Shown here one piece after another: positions 41,101 to 53,232 of a DNA stretch of 64,000 nt. The notes under the pieces were generated by a model. That model saw only the letters and a program-made list of their open reading frames with translations, was not told where the DNA came from and did no database searches. Source of the stretch: Ptychomitrium polyphyllum (taxonomy: Eukaryota); NCBI GenBank assembly GCA_973851085.1, contig OZ316775.1, forward strand, positions 17,918,001-17,982,000, written 5' to 3'. A program made the translations under genes and the position numbers. How positions within the stretch are numbered: position 1 is the first letter of the stretch; the number at the start of each line of letters is the position of its first letter.

Positions 41101-42749
41101 TCATCTAGAAATCTGCCAAATGCTAATTGTTTAAAACAAATGATCTACTTATGTCCAAATTGTTGTTTGCACGTTAAATCCTCCAAATTTTTGAATGTAA
41201 TATAACTTTGGTATAAAATTAACCATCTTGAAATTTATGTGAATAGGTAAAGAAAGCACTCCCTTATCTACCATCTCATAGTCAAACCTAAATACATTTT
41301 TTTGATAGACAGAAGAACTCACATGCATTTATGCATGAAATCAAATAAGCAAATGGACCTAGATGATTTAAGATGCTTTTAGGTGGGCAAACAAATAGAT
41401 AGATGGATGAATGGATTTACATGGTTCCAAATGCTCTAAATAAATGAAAAAGATATAGATGGAATTTAGGAGTAAATTTTGACCTACTTGAAAATACCAA
41501 AATAAATGTTTTATTTTATTTCAAACCATATATAATTATGACAAGCCATATACCATTTACATCAAACAATCAAAATTATTAGGGATAAAATGCTAGAATT
41601 TGAAAACTCATTAAGTCATTGGTTTTCAAATGCCAATGCCTATTAGAACATAGGAAACAAGGGTACAAATAAGAAGTGACTTTAAGAATTAGCTTTTAAA
41701 GAAATACCAAATAACAAAAAATAATGCAAAAATAAATAACCAAGCAATATAATGGATGTGCCCCACAAAATATATTGGTAAGATGAGGTATACCTCATGT
41801 TGCCTCCAATGTATATCATGAAGCCTATGCTTTGTAAAATACTCTTAAGAAGCTTTTTATGAAATCATTGAACATTATGAAAGTCAATAAAACTTTCTTG
41901 AGAAGTTTTTTAAGGAAAAAAGAAGCTCTTGGAAGTTGTTGAAAGGTATTAGGAGCTTCTCAAAAGCTAATAGAAGTTGTTGGAAGTTTTTTAAAATCTA
42001 TTAGAAGCTATTGGAAGGTTTTTAAATATTGCTAAAATTTGCTTTTAATATAGTGAAGTCTTTTTAATATTAATGGATTTGTTTTGTTTGAAATATATTA
42101 AGTTTTGAAGTAAACTTAATGTTGCAAGGGCCTTCTATTTCAAATAATTGAGCACATTAATAACATTAAATTAATCTTGATTATGTTGTAACTAATCTTA
42201 TATTTGATTAAAGTAATCATGTAAGAAACTATTTCTTAGACCTAGAGTTTGTTTAACAAAAAAAATTGTCATTACTACTAAATTTGTGCTAAATATAATC
42301 ATTTGAAAATTGTGTTATATATTTAGTCTATTCTATTAAAATTAATTTACTAGCTTTTTGTAGAAATTGCAAAATCAAAATTGAATTTTGTATCCAATGA
42401 GTAAAACATGTTCAATTTATGTTCTTGATTACCCCTAATTTACTTATTATTCAAACTTTTAGCGCCAAGAGTTTAAATTTTAAGAAAATTAGGAATTCAT
42501 GTTTGTACCAATGTATGGCATGGTAAAAAAAAAGGGTGTTTTTGCCACACCTCTTACAATTTATTAGCTGATCTTTTGGTAGTCTTTAGAATCTAAAATT
42601 TTTAAAAATTCCTTCCACTTCTGCATGATGTTTGGTGCAGGTTCATAATACATCTCAACTTGCTAATTATTTAAATTTTCAGCTCCAAAAGTTTAAACAA
42701 CAAGAAAATTGGAAAATTACTTTTGCAAAAAGAAGGCACAGGAAAAGAG

Positions 42750-44250
42750 GCATTGGGTGTTTTTTACATAATTTTATAGTTGTTTCCATTGCATACCTTC
42801 CTTAATACTCTCTTGCATGTTTTTTTGAAATTAACATTGTCCGCTAGGTCATTATTGTTAAGAAGATATAGATTGAAGAAGGGTGCAATGTAACAAAAGT
42901 TTGTGGCAACCATTTCTTAATAATACTCTTATAAATGCTTTGCTTTATCTACTATATCATTGTTTAAGCAAAATGAAAAATGTTGCAATTTAACTACAAA
43001 CTTTGTAAGGTTTCAAAAAATTTGCAAATTTTTTTCCATGTATGAAAACTTTCTATTATATTCAAGCAAAAAAATTAATATTAAAAAAAATATACATATA
43101 TATATATAAAAAAAATTGGCAGCACCGTATTGCAAAATATATTGGACATTAATAAAAATGCATGTCCTTAATCAATTCTTTGCTATTCTAAATAATGTGC
43201 AAGGTTTCATTGGTTTTTTTGCTATTTATTAATGTCGTCGCACATGTTGTCCATTAAAGATCTATAATTGCTTACTTTGATGTTGTTTTTACTTTAAACA
43301 AACAATTAAGCATTACAAAAAAATATTGCAAATTTTATAGCACCAAAAATGAAGAAGTTTATCTTTGGAAGAAGTTGTTGCAAAACGGCTAATAGAAAAT
43401 GCTAGTTTTCTACGAATTTCACTAAAAAATTGGCTTCTTCTACCACCATCTTTTTCCATATAGTCTTCTTCTAATTTTATAAAAGTAAGCTTAAAATATG
43501 AAATTTACATCCTTGAAAATATATGTGGCACCATTTTTTTGTGAGGAACCTTTTTATTACAATTTTGACATTAGTGCTATGTGTACACACTTGCACAAGA
43601 TTTTGTAACTCCAACTTGCCATTGTACTTAATATATATTCAACAACCTTTTACAATCCCAAAATATCCATTATTATGAGATATTATTCACCCCTTACTTT
43701 TCATTGTAAAATGGAGGTCTGTTTATTTTAATGAAATTTGCAATTTTGCTTGTTGAATTTTTAAAGGCTTGATTATATGCAACTTAGAAAATAAAATTGC
43801 ACTTATAAAAGAATATTGCATTTACAAAAAATTCTTTCTAAGCACAATCAGCTTCTTTCCTCTCTAAGGATTTATATAGTTGCTTCATCATCTGTAAACC
43901 ATTATTTAAATCCAAGTAAAGTTGTTTTGAAATAACTTTTAAGTTGTTGTTCTTTGAAGCACTCTAGACTCTGAATTCTTATAAGATTCTGCTTAAGTAG
44001 AAGTTGGTATATTGTGATATGTTAAATGGGAGTATTTGGTGCCATTTTTTGGAAATACAAAGTCTTCAAAAGATGATGGTAGTAGTTGATTTCTATTGCA
44101 ACAACAAAATGCCCTTTCTATAGCACTTGTTGACCTGGTGCACATTTTCACTTCAATATTGTGCTTCTTCCTTTTCTTACAATGGTTCAAGAAATTTAGC
44201 ATGTATATAAGCTTTGAAAAACTTCCTCTGCACGGAGTTTGCATTTTCCT
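42750..44250 (-). mobile_element. Highly degenerate hAT-superfamily (DUF659-type) transposase fossil
   Basis: Manual minus-strand translation across stops gives, in the expected order: LQNLVQVCTHST (like NVVQICTDNA), WCHIYFQGCKFHILSLLL (like HIYFQGCAAHCLDLLLED), EEANFLVKFVEN, GAIKFAIFFVMLNCLFKVK (like GATRFATNFLMLERL), IAPFFNLYLL...CKRVLRK. No terminal inverted repeats identified; boundaries approximate. Confidence 0.7.
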
Positions 44251-45335
44251 TTTATTGTGTTAATTTCTCATATCAAAAAGCCCATGTGAACATATTTGGA
44301 ATTTGTATTTCAAAAATCAACAAAGTCTTTTTAAGTTCATCAAAACTTGAAACCAAATAGACCTAGATTCATTTAAGTTTATATTCAAACAAATGCATGG
44401 ATAATAAGGAAGAATTGATTCCATTTAGACAAAAAATGGTTCCATTTGGACAAAACCTAACTTATGGTTCCTAAACAATTAGAACATGGTCCATTTTAAT
44501 TAAACAAATAAATTCTACTTGTATTAAACCATCCGAACAAACCTTGGACCATCCAAATAAATATCCTAGTAATTAAATAGAAGGATTTCATACAAATGGA
44601 ATTAGACATACCTAGTAATGCAAAAGGTTTTTACCATTACAAAACAAGAAGAACAAATTTCATTGCACAATGAGTATATAAAAGAATACTACAAACAAAT
44701 GTATTTTTTATTGTAATGAACCGCTTTCCATTTAACTTGGAACATCAAAATGGGCTCAAAATTACTTTGCTCGTATTCAAAACCATAGTGCATAATCTTC
44801 AAAACAAAAGCCGTTTTAAATATTGCTAGTATAAAGTCTTATAAAAAAATATATATAAAAAATCATTATATGTTGTTAAGTGCGGAAAAACACCCTTTTG
44901 AATAGACTTCCAACAATTGGTTAATGTATTATTCAGTAACCGGCTAATATTTAACAATACAAAATAATGGTTTTCACCACCAAACATTCAATAATCCTCA
45001 AGTATAAGTCTTAAATTTGATCTAGATTCTAATTTACACTTAAAATTAGTTCAATCAAGAGAGAAACTTGAAGATGATGCAAATAATTCTATTAGTTAAA
45101 AAGAATGTACAAGAAATAAGACAATTTTCAATAAATTCACTATTAAAACAAAAATGCATATTGTTTTTAGAACGGCCTTTAAATATGTACTTAATATGTA
45201 CTTCAATTTAGGATTCAAATTAACTTTTCTAGAATTTGAATTAAGCCTAGCTATTCTAATCCTAAAACTACTATTGATTAGCGAGAAGTACTTGATTGTT
45301 GAGCATTGTTTGATTACTGATTAAAGCATAATTAC

Positions 45336-45359
45336 AAAAAAAAAAAAAAAAAAAAAAAA
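45336..45359. repeat. Poly(A) run, 24 nt
   Basis: Read directly. Confidence 0.9.
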
Positions 45360-48300
45360 CACTTGGTTACCAAGGTTACCAATTATCCTAAATTAAAGGG
45401 ATTTCCTAATCCGGCGTGTTGATTGGTAATTGACTACTTAACACATGCTTTATATGTACTTTTTAACACGTTTCTTGCTCTTCATGACCATTGTGTGAAA
45501 GAACCTCCACAACATTTGGTTCAACATGGGCAATTAACAAGGCTCTTTATGTGCAGCTCTCAAAATAAATTTCTTATTGTATTGTAAATTTTTTGGTCTC
45601 CAAGTCTTGAAATGAAGTGGAGATGAATGCTTTTGAAAAAAACGATTTTAGTGCACTTATATCTTCATACTTTATTTCATTTATATATTTTTGACCTTTG
45701 TAAAGCCCTAAATCCTAAACCTCAATTCAGTTGTCACATCAAAGATAAAGAACGTTTGTTACCTTCTCTAACACGGCACTTTTAAATTAAAAAATAATTT
45801 TCTTTTTTTTTATCTTTGTTCAATAGAATTGTGTAATACTCAACTAAATGCTGGTATGGTATTTCTCTCAGATTGCAGATGACAGTATGGGAATGGAGTA
45901 TGCAGGCTCTTTAGAGATTTGCATATCATTCCTATTTGATGTTAAAAGTTCATCATGGCCAAATTGGACTCATGGCTTTTCACTAGGAAGTCTTTACTGC
46001 TTTTCATGATCCAGACATAGGAACATTGAGAATGTTATTTATTACTAAGCCAGCCAGTGAGTGCAACTTTGTAATCAGTATCTCCAACAGACACTTGCAT
46101 AACTTGAATGCCGGGCCTGAATAAAATAACTGCACAAGGTTTTCATTGCTCTTACTTTTCTCTCTCCAACAAATTATTTAAATTCTATTGCTATAGGATG
46201 CAATTTGGATACTTCAAAACCCACATGTATGGTGTTTGCTACATATTACCAAATGTGGCATACCATGTGAGCAGAATATTGAGTTTCTATTAAAGGGAGA
46301 TAACAGCATCAAGTGAAGGTCACAAGATGAATGACCTTAGCTCCATGATAAAGAGCGCTACAATAATATGTCATTTTTTTTGTTAAATGGTAAGTTTTAT
46401 TGAATATTTGACTTATTCAGAAATTATCTTTTTCTTTAATAAACATGTTGTAGATAATTTCACCTCTTTCTTCAAGTCATCAGCGTTTATAATTGGAGCA
46501 CATAATTCCATGCTATAAAGCTTTAAGCTTTGGGCCATTGCTGCTAAGAACCAACAAAATCCAATGAGAATTTGTGCATAGCGAAAAGAACATAACATAA
46601 TCAAATAAGGTCGTAGTATTTCGAAATACATAGGGATTTTATAACGTTTTATCATAAAATGATAATCCATCAATGGCCCAGCTAGAAAAAAAAAGATGGA
46701 TTGTTTTGTGCTAATTATTAAAACTCGGCAGCTTTTTTCCTGCTCGATTTGCTCGTTGCTTCATGGAAGCCTGCCAAAAAAGAGCCAGCCCAGCAAGGAA
46801 ACAAATTTTCTTTGCTGAGCGCTGCGCTTTAAAGCGCTTGACTGATAAGCCTTCTTAAGACATCTATAATGCAAAAAAGATAAGCCAACATATTTAAAGG
46901 CATGTTCCTTGGATCACTCATTCACGTTTAGACGTAAAGAAGATGAATTTACAAATAATTCTATAGTGTACAAAAGAAAATTTAGCCTATACAACTTTTT
47001 ATAATAGAAGTACAAAATTATGGAAATATAGAATGTTGAAATGGTCCCTCTTACAAAAACTTATCTAAAATTATTGCTTTAATTAAAAAACCTTTTTCTT
47101 TTCTCCCATTTTTTCTTCTTTCAATGCATACTTTTTAATATACATATACCTATTTTATTATATAAACATATTTACATGATTTATATCTAGAGTTGAGGGT
47201 TGCTTTATACTATTCAAATGAATATCAATTATGAGAAACAAAATGTTTCTATAGCCATGGCCTATTAATTGAGAGCCATGATAAAATGAACTAATTCATT
47301 TCATTCATTTATCTCAAAAATATCATACACAGTGGATAATGATAGGTCATTGAACTTTGAGCTCTTCAATCTCCTTGATTATGTTAAAAACCTATTAGAC
47401 CATGAAATATTAAGTTAAATACATGTTTCTTGTACATGCAAGCTCATGTGGAGAAATCCATATAAATTTGCTTCAAGTAAACTATGGTAATGACAGAATA
47501 CTTAAGGGCATCTGTCTCAAAATGTCCGATATCAAAATTATAGAAGAAACAAAATCTAGGATAGATCTACATATCTCTAGACTTATAAAACTACACCCTC
47601 AAAATACCCACTTTTTTTATGATCCACCATCGACAAATTGCCCTGCCAAACATATCCCACTAGAATTAATCTTGAGAGTAATCAGGTCTACGAACGTTAC
47701 GCCATGATTTCAAGAATGAATTTTAATCATGAACATTTTATGTTAATCGGGTTTCTGGCAGCACGAAGTTTGGATACTTCACAGCAGCTTCCATTATGGC
47801 CAAACTGGTACGAAAGGGAGCTCAGAAGGCAGCTGGAAGTGCAGGGGGGAACAACTAGTTAACGTAATGCGAGGGGACGACAGGCTACAACGGGTATGGA
47901 AGTAATAAGACGGGTCGCCTTTTGGTGGTTGAGGGTGATAATGAAGGCCGTCAACAGCCCGTTTTACCGTAATCAAATTGTCTAAAACCCCGGAGCCTGC
48001 ACTAATGACGCCGCAGCCACGTCCAGCGATTCAAACTACCCAACCCGGTTGCCAGCACCCATGCAACTCCCGGGTGCATCATCCATCACCACAAACGTCC
48101 CTCCATACTCGCCCCTACAGTAGTGTAGTCTACAGTGCTAACCACAGCTTGCGCCTGCTTCGCGTGCGATTCGCGACCGATCCTGCCCTTGGCCGCTTCT
48201 GCATAGTCATGGACTTCTCTTGTTTGGTGCTATGATTCAGTCGCCTCTATTTCAGCGTTGCTCCTTGGCATAGCTGCTTCAATTTCCTACGCACATGTTG

Positions 48301-48753
48301 GAGTCTAAAGTTGGCATCACGATCGCTAGATCACTCACATCTGGTTGACGTCGACATGATATGGTCGCTTTTTTATCCATGGCATTGAATAGTTGATTGA
48401 TGGTCCTCTTGTCGTGGTGTCACATGCATGTCATGGGGGAGATCGGAGAGTACAGGCACAGCTATCACGCAGCTGGGATGAAGCACAGTTTGGGTTGTTA
48501 TTGTGGAGAGCAATGTGCATTGACAGGAGCTGAAGTTGCTACAGGATTTTCCATCTGGGTTGTGAGAGAACTGGCACTTCAAGCGATTTACTGCCGTGGA
48601 GAACTGGTTCATGCAGGTTTCGTGTTAGTTTTCACGTTTTCCGGATAGAGGACTTACTGTAGTCTAATTCCTCTAATTCTCGGCGATGTTGTAGCACAGA
48701 GATGAGCGCGGGATGTAGACTAAGTACTCTGTAGTTATTACGTATTAGCGACG

Positions 48754-51700
48754 ATGGGAGATCGCTACAACCGAACATTGCAAGCTGCCAACCCGGCCGT
48801 TGAATTTGCGGGCGTCGAATCAAAATCGCGTAGCAGCAGTAAACATTTACGGGAATCGGTAGAAGCTCGGTATGCGAAGCTCATGGTGAAGGATGGACGT
48901 GGGTGGATTCCAGCTCGCCATAGCACATCGTCCTGCAGTTGTAGTGACCGGACGGACCTTGAGGATGTCCGAAAATGGGCGAGCTTACAGAGGAGAGATG
49001 ATGTTGTGACGGCCAGTTTCGGATTCGTGGGGAGCAGCTTTCGGTCGGAGGACAGTGAGGTTCTGGCGCTTTGGGAGGAGAAGTCCGAGAAGTCGCCGAA
49101 AGCTGTCTCGACGGACTTGAGCTGGCTGAAACCAAGCGTAGAGTTTCAGTCGAGTCCATGGCGAGGGACCGTTAGCAATGCCGTGAAGAAGATTGAGAGC
49201 TTATCCCATGCGTTCTCGCGAAGCTCACCAGTTCACTCCAAAGGTGATGCTGTGCTGGAGAGCCCGCGTCCGTCGCTGGAGTACTTGAAGAAAGGAGGCG
49301 GCCGATCGTCGCGGCGAGATTTCAAGATTTCCTCCACTTCGCCTGCAAAGAGCCCTGAGACGGTCTTGCACAATTCGCCGAAAGCACGTTACAGCAACGC
49401 GTCGCTCTGTAGGGTAATAGCCAGACATGACTTGGAGTCCTCCCTAAGTGCAGCCTCACCTCCTACTAAGCTCCATCATGCTGTCAGTTGTGGGCCGGAG
49501 CCCCAATTTGGTCCTTCAGCAGCTGCGCTAAGGCCAGTGGATTTCAATCTTAGGAGGCTAGTCGATGACAAAGGCGACCGCTCACCCTGGAGAGACTCGT
49601 ACCAAGATAAGAGCGAGCAACTTGAGAATGAAAACGTTGAGGTTGGATTATCTTCCGACCAACCCATAGTGGAGCTTGATCGTTTGTCAAATCAAATACA
49701 GTTGGAGCGCTTGTTCACCGACAGGCCGAAATCCGTTAATCCAGCCGGGAACCCTCAGGAATTGCCGAAGCTTGCTGTGTCCTTAACATTAAATAGTCTG
49801 GAAGGCACAGGCTATGGACGGCAAACCATTGCTGCAGCGGATGAGAGGGTGTCGTCGCGACTGTCGACGAAGATTAGCGTGGAAGCGGTGTCTACATCTA
49901 TGGAGAGATGTTCCTCAAGAATGCGTGCACACTCTATGGATGAAGCTGTGCTCAATGAGTATGCGAGCGACGCTGGTGTGCAGCAGGCTCGAGTCGGGAC
50001 TCTGTATTCGCAAGAAGGGGGTGACCGGAAGCCTAGCCACAGGTATTACCAAAGGGTGACGTCGAGAGAGAGGAGCTCACGCTGGAGCTCCTGTGATGAC
50101 ACTCCTTTGGACCATATCGATTTTGTTGCACCATCCGCATCGAGGTTTTTGGAAGATGAAAGATGCGTCTCTCCTGTGAAGTCTGCAATCAAGGCATCGG
50201 GAGCAGTCCCATTCAAGTGGGAGAAAGAGCCTGGGAAGCCCAAGGACGATTCAGACTCTACAATTTTGGCTCAATTTGGAAGCACCCTGCAGCTTCCTCC
50301 TCGTCTCGCTTCGCGAAAGCAATGCTCCTCGCCGTTGCGGAACCGGTACATTAACCTTTCTATGAGTGCACCGCTAACCGAGCTCTACGCCCTCCCAAGC
50401 CAGAAGTTCTCATTCTCGGAATCGGAATCTTTCAAGGTGCAGCTTCCATGGATCGAGATTTCGGCAACTTCTGAAAGGAGTGCCGAAAACTCCTGTTCGA
50501 CCTTTGATTCCGAGCGAGCAGGTCCAAGTAAAATGGTTACTACAGATCTCCCAATTACGAAATCAAGGTCCGTAGGAGAAATGAGGAACGCTAGAATTCA
50601 AACTTTGTCTCGTCTTTCAGCAAATGGCGATGCTGGGGTTCGAGGAACTGTTACATCTCGAACACCTCAATCTACCCATATTGCTGAGCAACTCGATCAT
50701 GAGCAGAAGCCTGCTCAATATCTAAACTCCGGGGCCGTAAGGCCTACTTCTCCAACCAGCATTTTATGCGGTCCGGGTGACGGAAGCCATCCATCATCGA
50801 ATCCCTCTCTAAGCTCCGAACCCGAAGCTCCTCAGGTTTCAACAACGGCAGCATCAGCTATGTCTCATTCGAGGATACCTTCCTGCGCATCATTTGACTC
50901 GATGGAGCACCGCATTGAGATGAGCTCTGAGTTTTTGAGCCCTGAATCCAGTCTTACTTCACCCCTCCGTGCTAACACTCGTTGCAACAGCATGACCTAT
51001 AATGAAGATTTCGATCAGATGCGCAACTATTTCAGCACTGACAGCCAGAAGGGAGCATCACAAAGTGAAAATGCATTCGTAAAATACTTCAAGACTGGGA
51101 AGCGGTGGATGAAGTCCAAGACGTTCTCCAAGCTCGGAACGATTTATAGCCCTGAGGTCTGGACACCGGGTGTCACAATTCAATTACAGCGTGGTGCAGA
51201 TTCTGACTTCTCTGCTCGTCTAGGGAAACTGTCGTCGACCGCCAAGATCGACCATGGTCATGTCCAAATAGAGAGTCGCTTTGCGCCACCCACTCCAGCA
51301 CTCACGTATGTCGAGGACATGGGAGATCGGTCCCCAGCATATGCCGCCACACTGGAGCTCCTGTCACCAATCGATAGATTCTCTACGAAGAAGATGTCGA
51401 AGAATCGCAGAACGAAACCTCCTCCTCGTCCGACCAGAACTACGACCAGACGGCTGCTCGTTAGAGCAAGAATTCGAGCTCGTTTCCTTGTATGTTTTCC
51501 AGTTTCTCACGATTTTGCAATCATCGGGTTGATGTTGTAGAATCTCAAAGTGCAGACCTGAATAAGGATTGGTCCTTTTGTTGTAATTTGAAATTGACTT
51601 TATTGACATATCTGTATAGACTTACACCAGGTTCAATTGGTTTCAGGTTCCCATGCGCAGAACCCTGAGGACTCTATTCTCCAGGTGTACATTTCGCCCT

Positions 51701-51781
51701 AGCAAGAAGACTGTGAAAGCGGCGGAAATATCAAAACCACTTTACCATGTGGACTACACACTCTCCTCAGCCAACTTCTAG
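48754..51781 (+). CDS. Large Ser-rich, probably disordered plant protein with a DUF688-like motif; 2 coding exons (48754-51489, 51647-51781), about 956 aa
   Basis: 928-codon ORF containing SGAVPFKWEKEPGKPK followed by LQLPPRL, the VPFxWExxPGKP/LxLPP signature of plant DUF688-type proteins. Donor CTT|GTATGT at 51489 and acceptor TTTCAG at 51646 give an in-frame last exon VPMRRTLRTLFSRC...SANF*. Confidence 0.8.
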
Positions 51782-52543
51782 TTTTTCAAGGTAAATTCAC
51801 TGCCCCAGATTCCATTTGCAATCACTCATGAAAGGTGACTCAAAATTGTGTCCAGCTGCTTTCTTGGAGACTTCCACACTGGAATTTTTTGAAAGTTCAC
51901 GGGTGGACATAATTTGGGGACACGTTTCATATCATGATCTGTGGCAGATTTTAATCGTGTATCTACTTAGTTCCTGTCGATGTATCCGAAACTGATCTCT
52001 CCAAACTTCATAGAAGCTGCTGCTGGAAGCATGGGAAATTTTAATCTGATTTTCATCGTTACGGATGTAATGTTGTGGATTGCAGCGAATTTAATTGGGG
52101 AGCACGAGGATGTTGCGTGTGGAGCTTATCAACTTTTAGAAGCCTTAGCAACCGAGCATTTGTAAAATTTCCTTAAGGATTGAGTACTTCAAACCCCAAT
52201 TATGTTTCCATTGGAGATATACTTCGTAGAATGATTCATAGTTGTGTTCTTAGTAACTTAATGTGCTCTGAAAAGCTCAACTACAGCTCCTGTGCTATTG
52301 CAAGTCAGGAGCATTAGTTCGCCTCAATCTCCCTTGAAATTGAGTCATTATAATGTACAGCCACGCTTCCTGAGCATGTTCATCAGCACTAAAGCTGCAT
52401 TAAGAGCTGCATTGATAGCGCTTGAGTACAATGATTATATACATTGCAGCTCCTTTTGGATCACGTCTGTGGGGTGCCACATGGTTTTTCTGATGTCCAC
52501 ATTCTGAGGCAATGAATCTCAGACCATTGCTTCCACCCGAGGC

Positions 52544-53232
52544 TCATAACCTAACGTCGTGCTGCGACGGGCGAATCCTCGCACTAATGGACAGGAGGGC
52601 AGCCATCTCCACCTTCTCCGGCTCATACTGAACACGAGGACACTTCTTCTGGAAATCGTGAAACAAACGAGGTCGCCATAGCCGTAGTATGTGAACAGCC
52701 TTGTGCCTGCAGCGAATGAAAAATAAATCCGTGCTTATGGACCTGACATGGGTATTCTGGTCAAAGTTAATGTTTTCAAAGTGGTGCAAAATGGACAGAT
52801 GAGGTAATAGTCACCTGAGATGCAGATGACTTCTTTGAGAATTTGATGCGGCATGGAGGCGAGGTTGATCCACCGATTATTCGGTTGCTGCAGTGTCCAG
52901 ATGGAGACGCGAGTCATCAAACAGTGCTCACTGACAACTTCAACCATGAGTAAGCATCCGTTACACTCGCAGATCTGCGGCAACATGAGCTGTGCATCTT
53001 GCATAGCTAGCCCTTGCATCTCACTCCATCGCTCGTGCTCGAGATCGTAAGCTCGTATTGAATCAAATCCTGCAAGTATATCATACTTAGAATCAGTTCC
53101 AATTGGATTACTCAGCCTGTGCTCCTCAAGTGCTCCTACATACAGGGTGGCATGGCCACTGTGAGCACTAAACTTTGGTGTTAGTTCATAGCAGAATTTG
53201 CCCCGGATAGTACAGGGATACAAAGGTGTCAT
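52544..53232 (-). pseudogene. Truncated, frameshifted C-terminal fragment of an F-box/kelch-like protein
   Basis: IRAYDLEHERWSEM...LPQICECNGCLLMVEVV...VSIWTLQQPNNRWINLASMPH matches the AYD...W, PxLVECxGxLLMV and IWxL...WxxxxxMP pattern of plant F-box C-terminal propellers; no F-box or open frame found upstream; frame breaks near 52740. Confidence 0.6.

Noticed and set aside
40920..42050. Possible gypsy integrase remnant on the minus strand and LTR-like AGAAG repeats
   Set aside because: Only weak motif resemblance and no definable boundaries.
45336..45359. Poly(A) as the tail of a LINE, SINE or retrocopy
   Set aside because: No flanking duplication or recognisable upstream element body.
45704..45724. 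Telomere-like CCCTAAA motif
   Set aside because: Only two to three degenerate units; compatible with chance.
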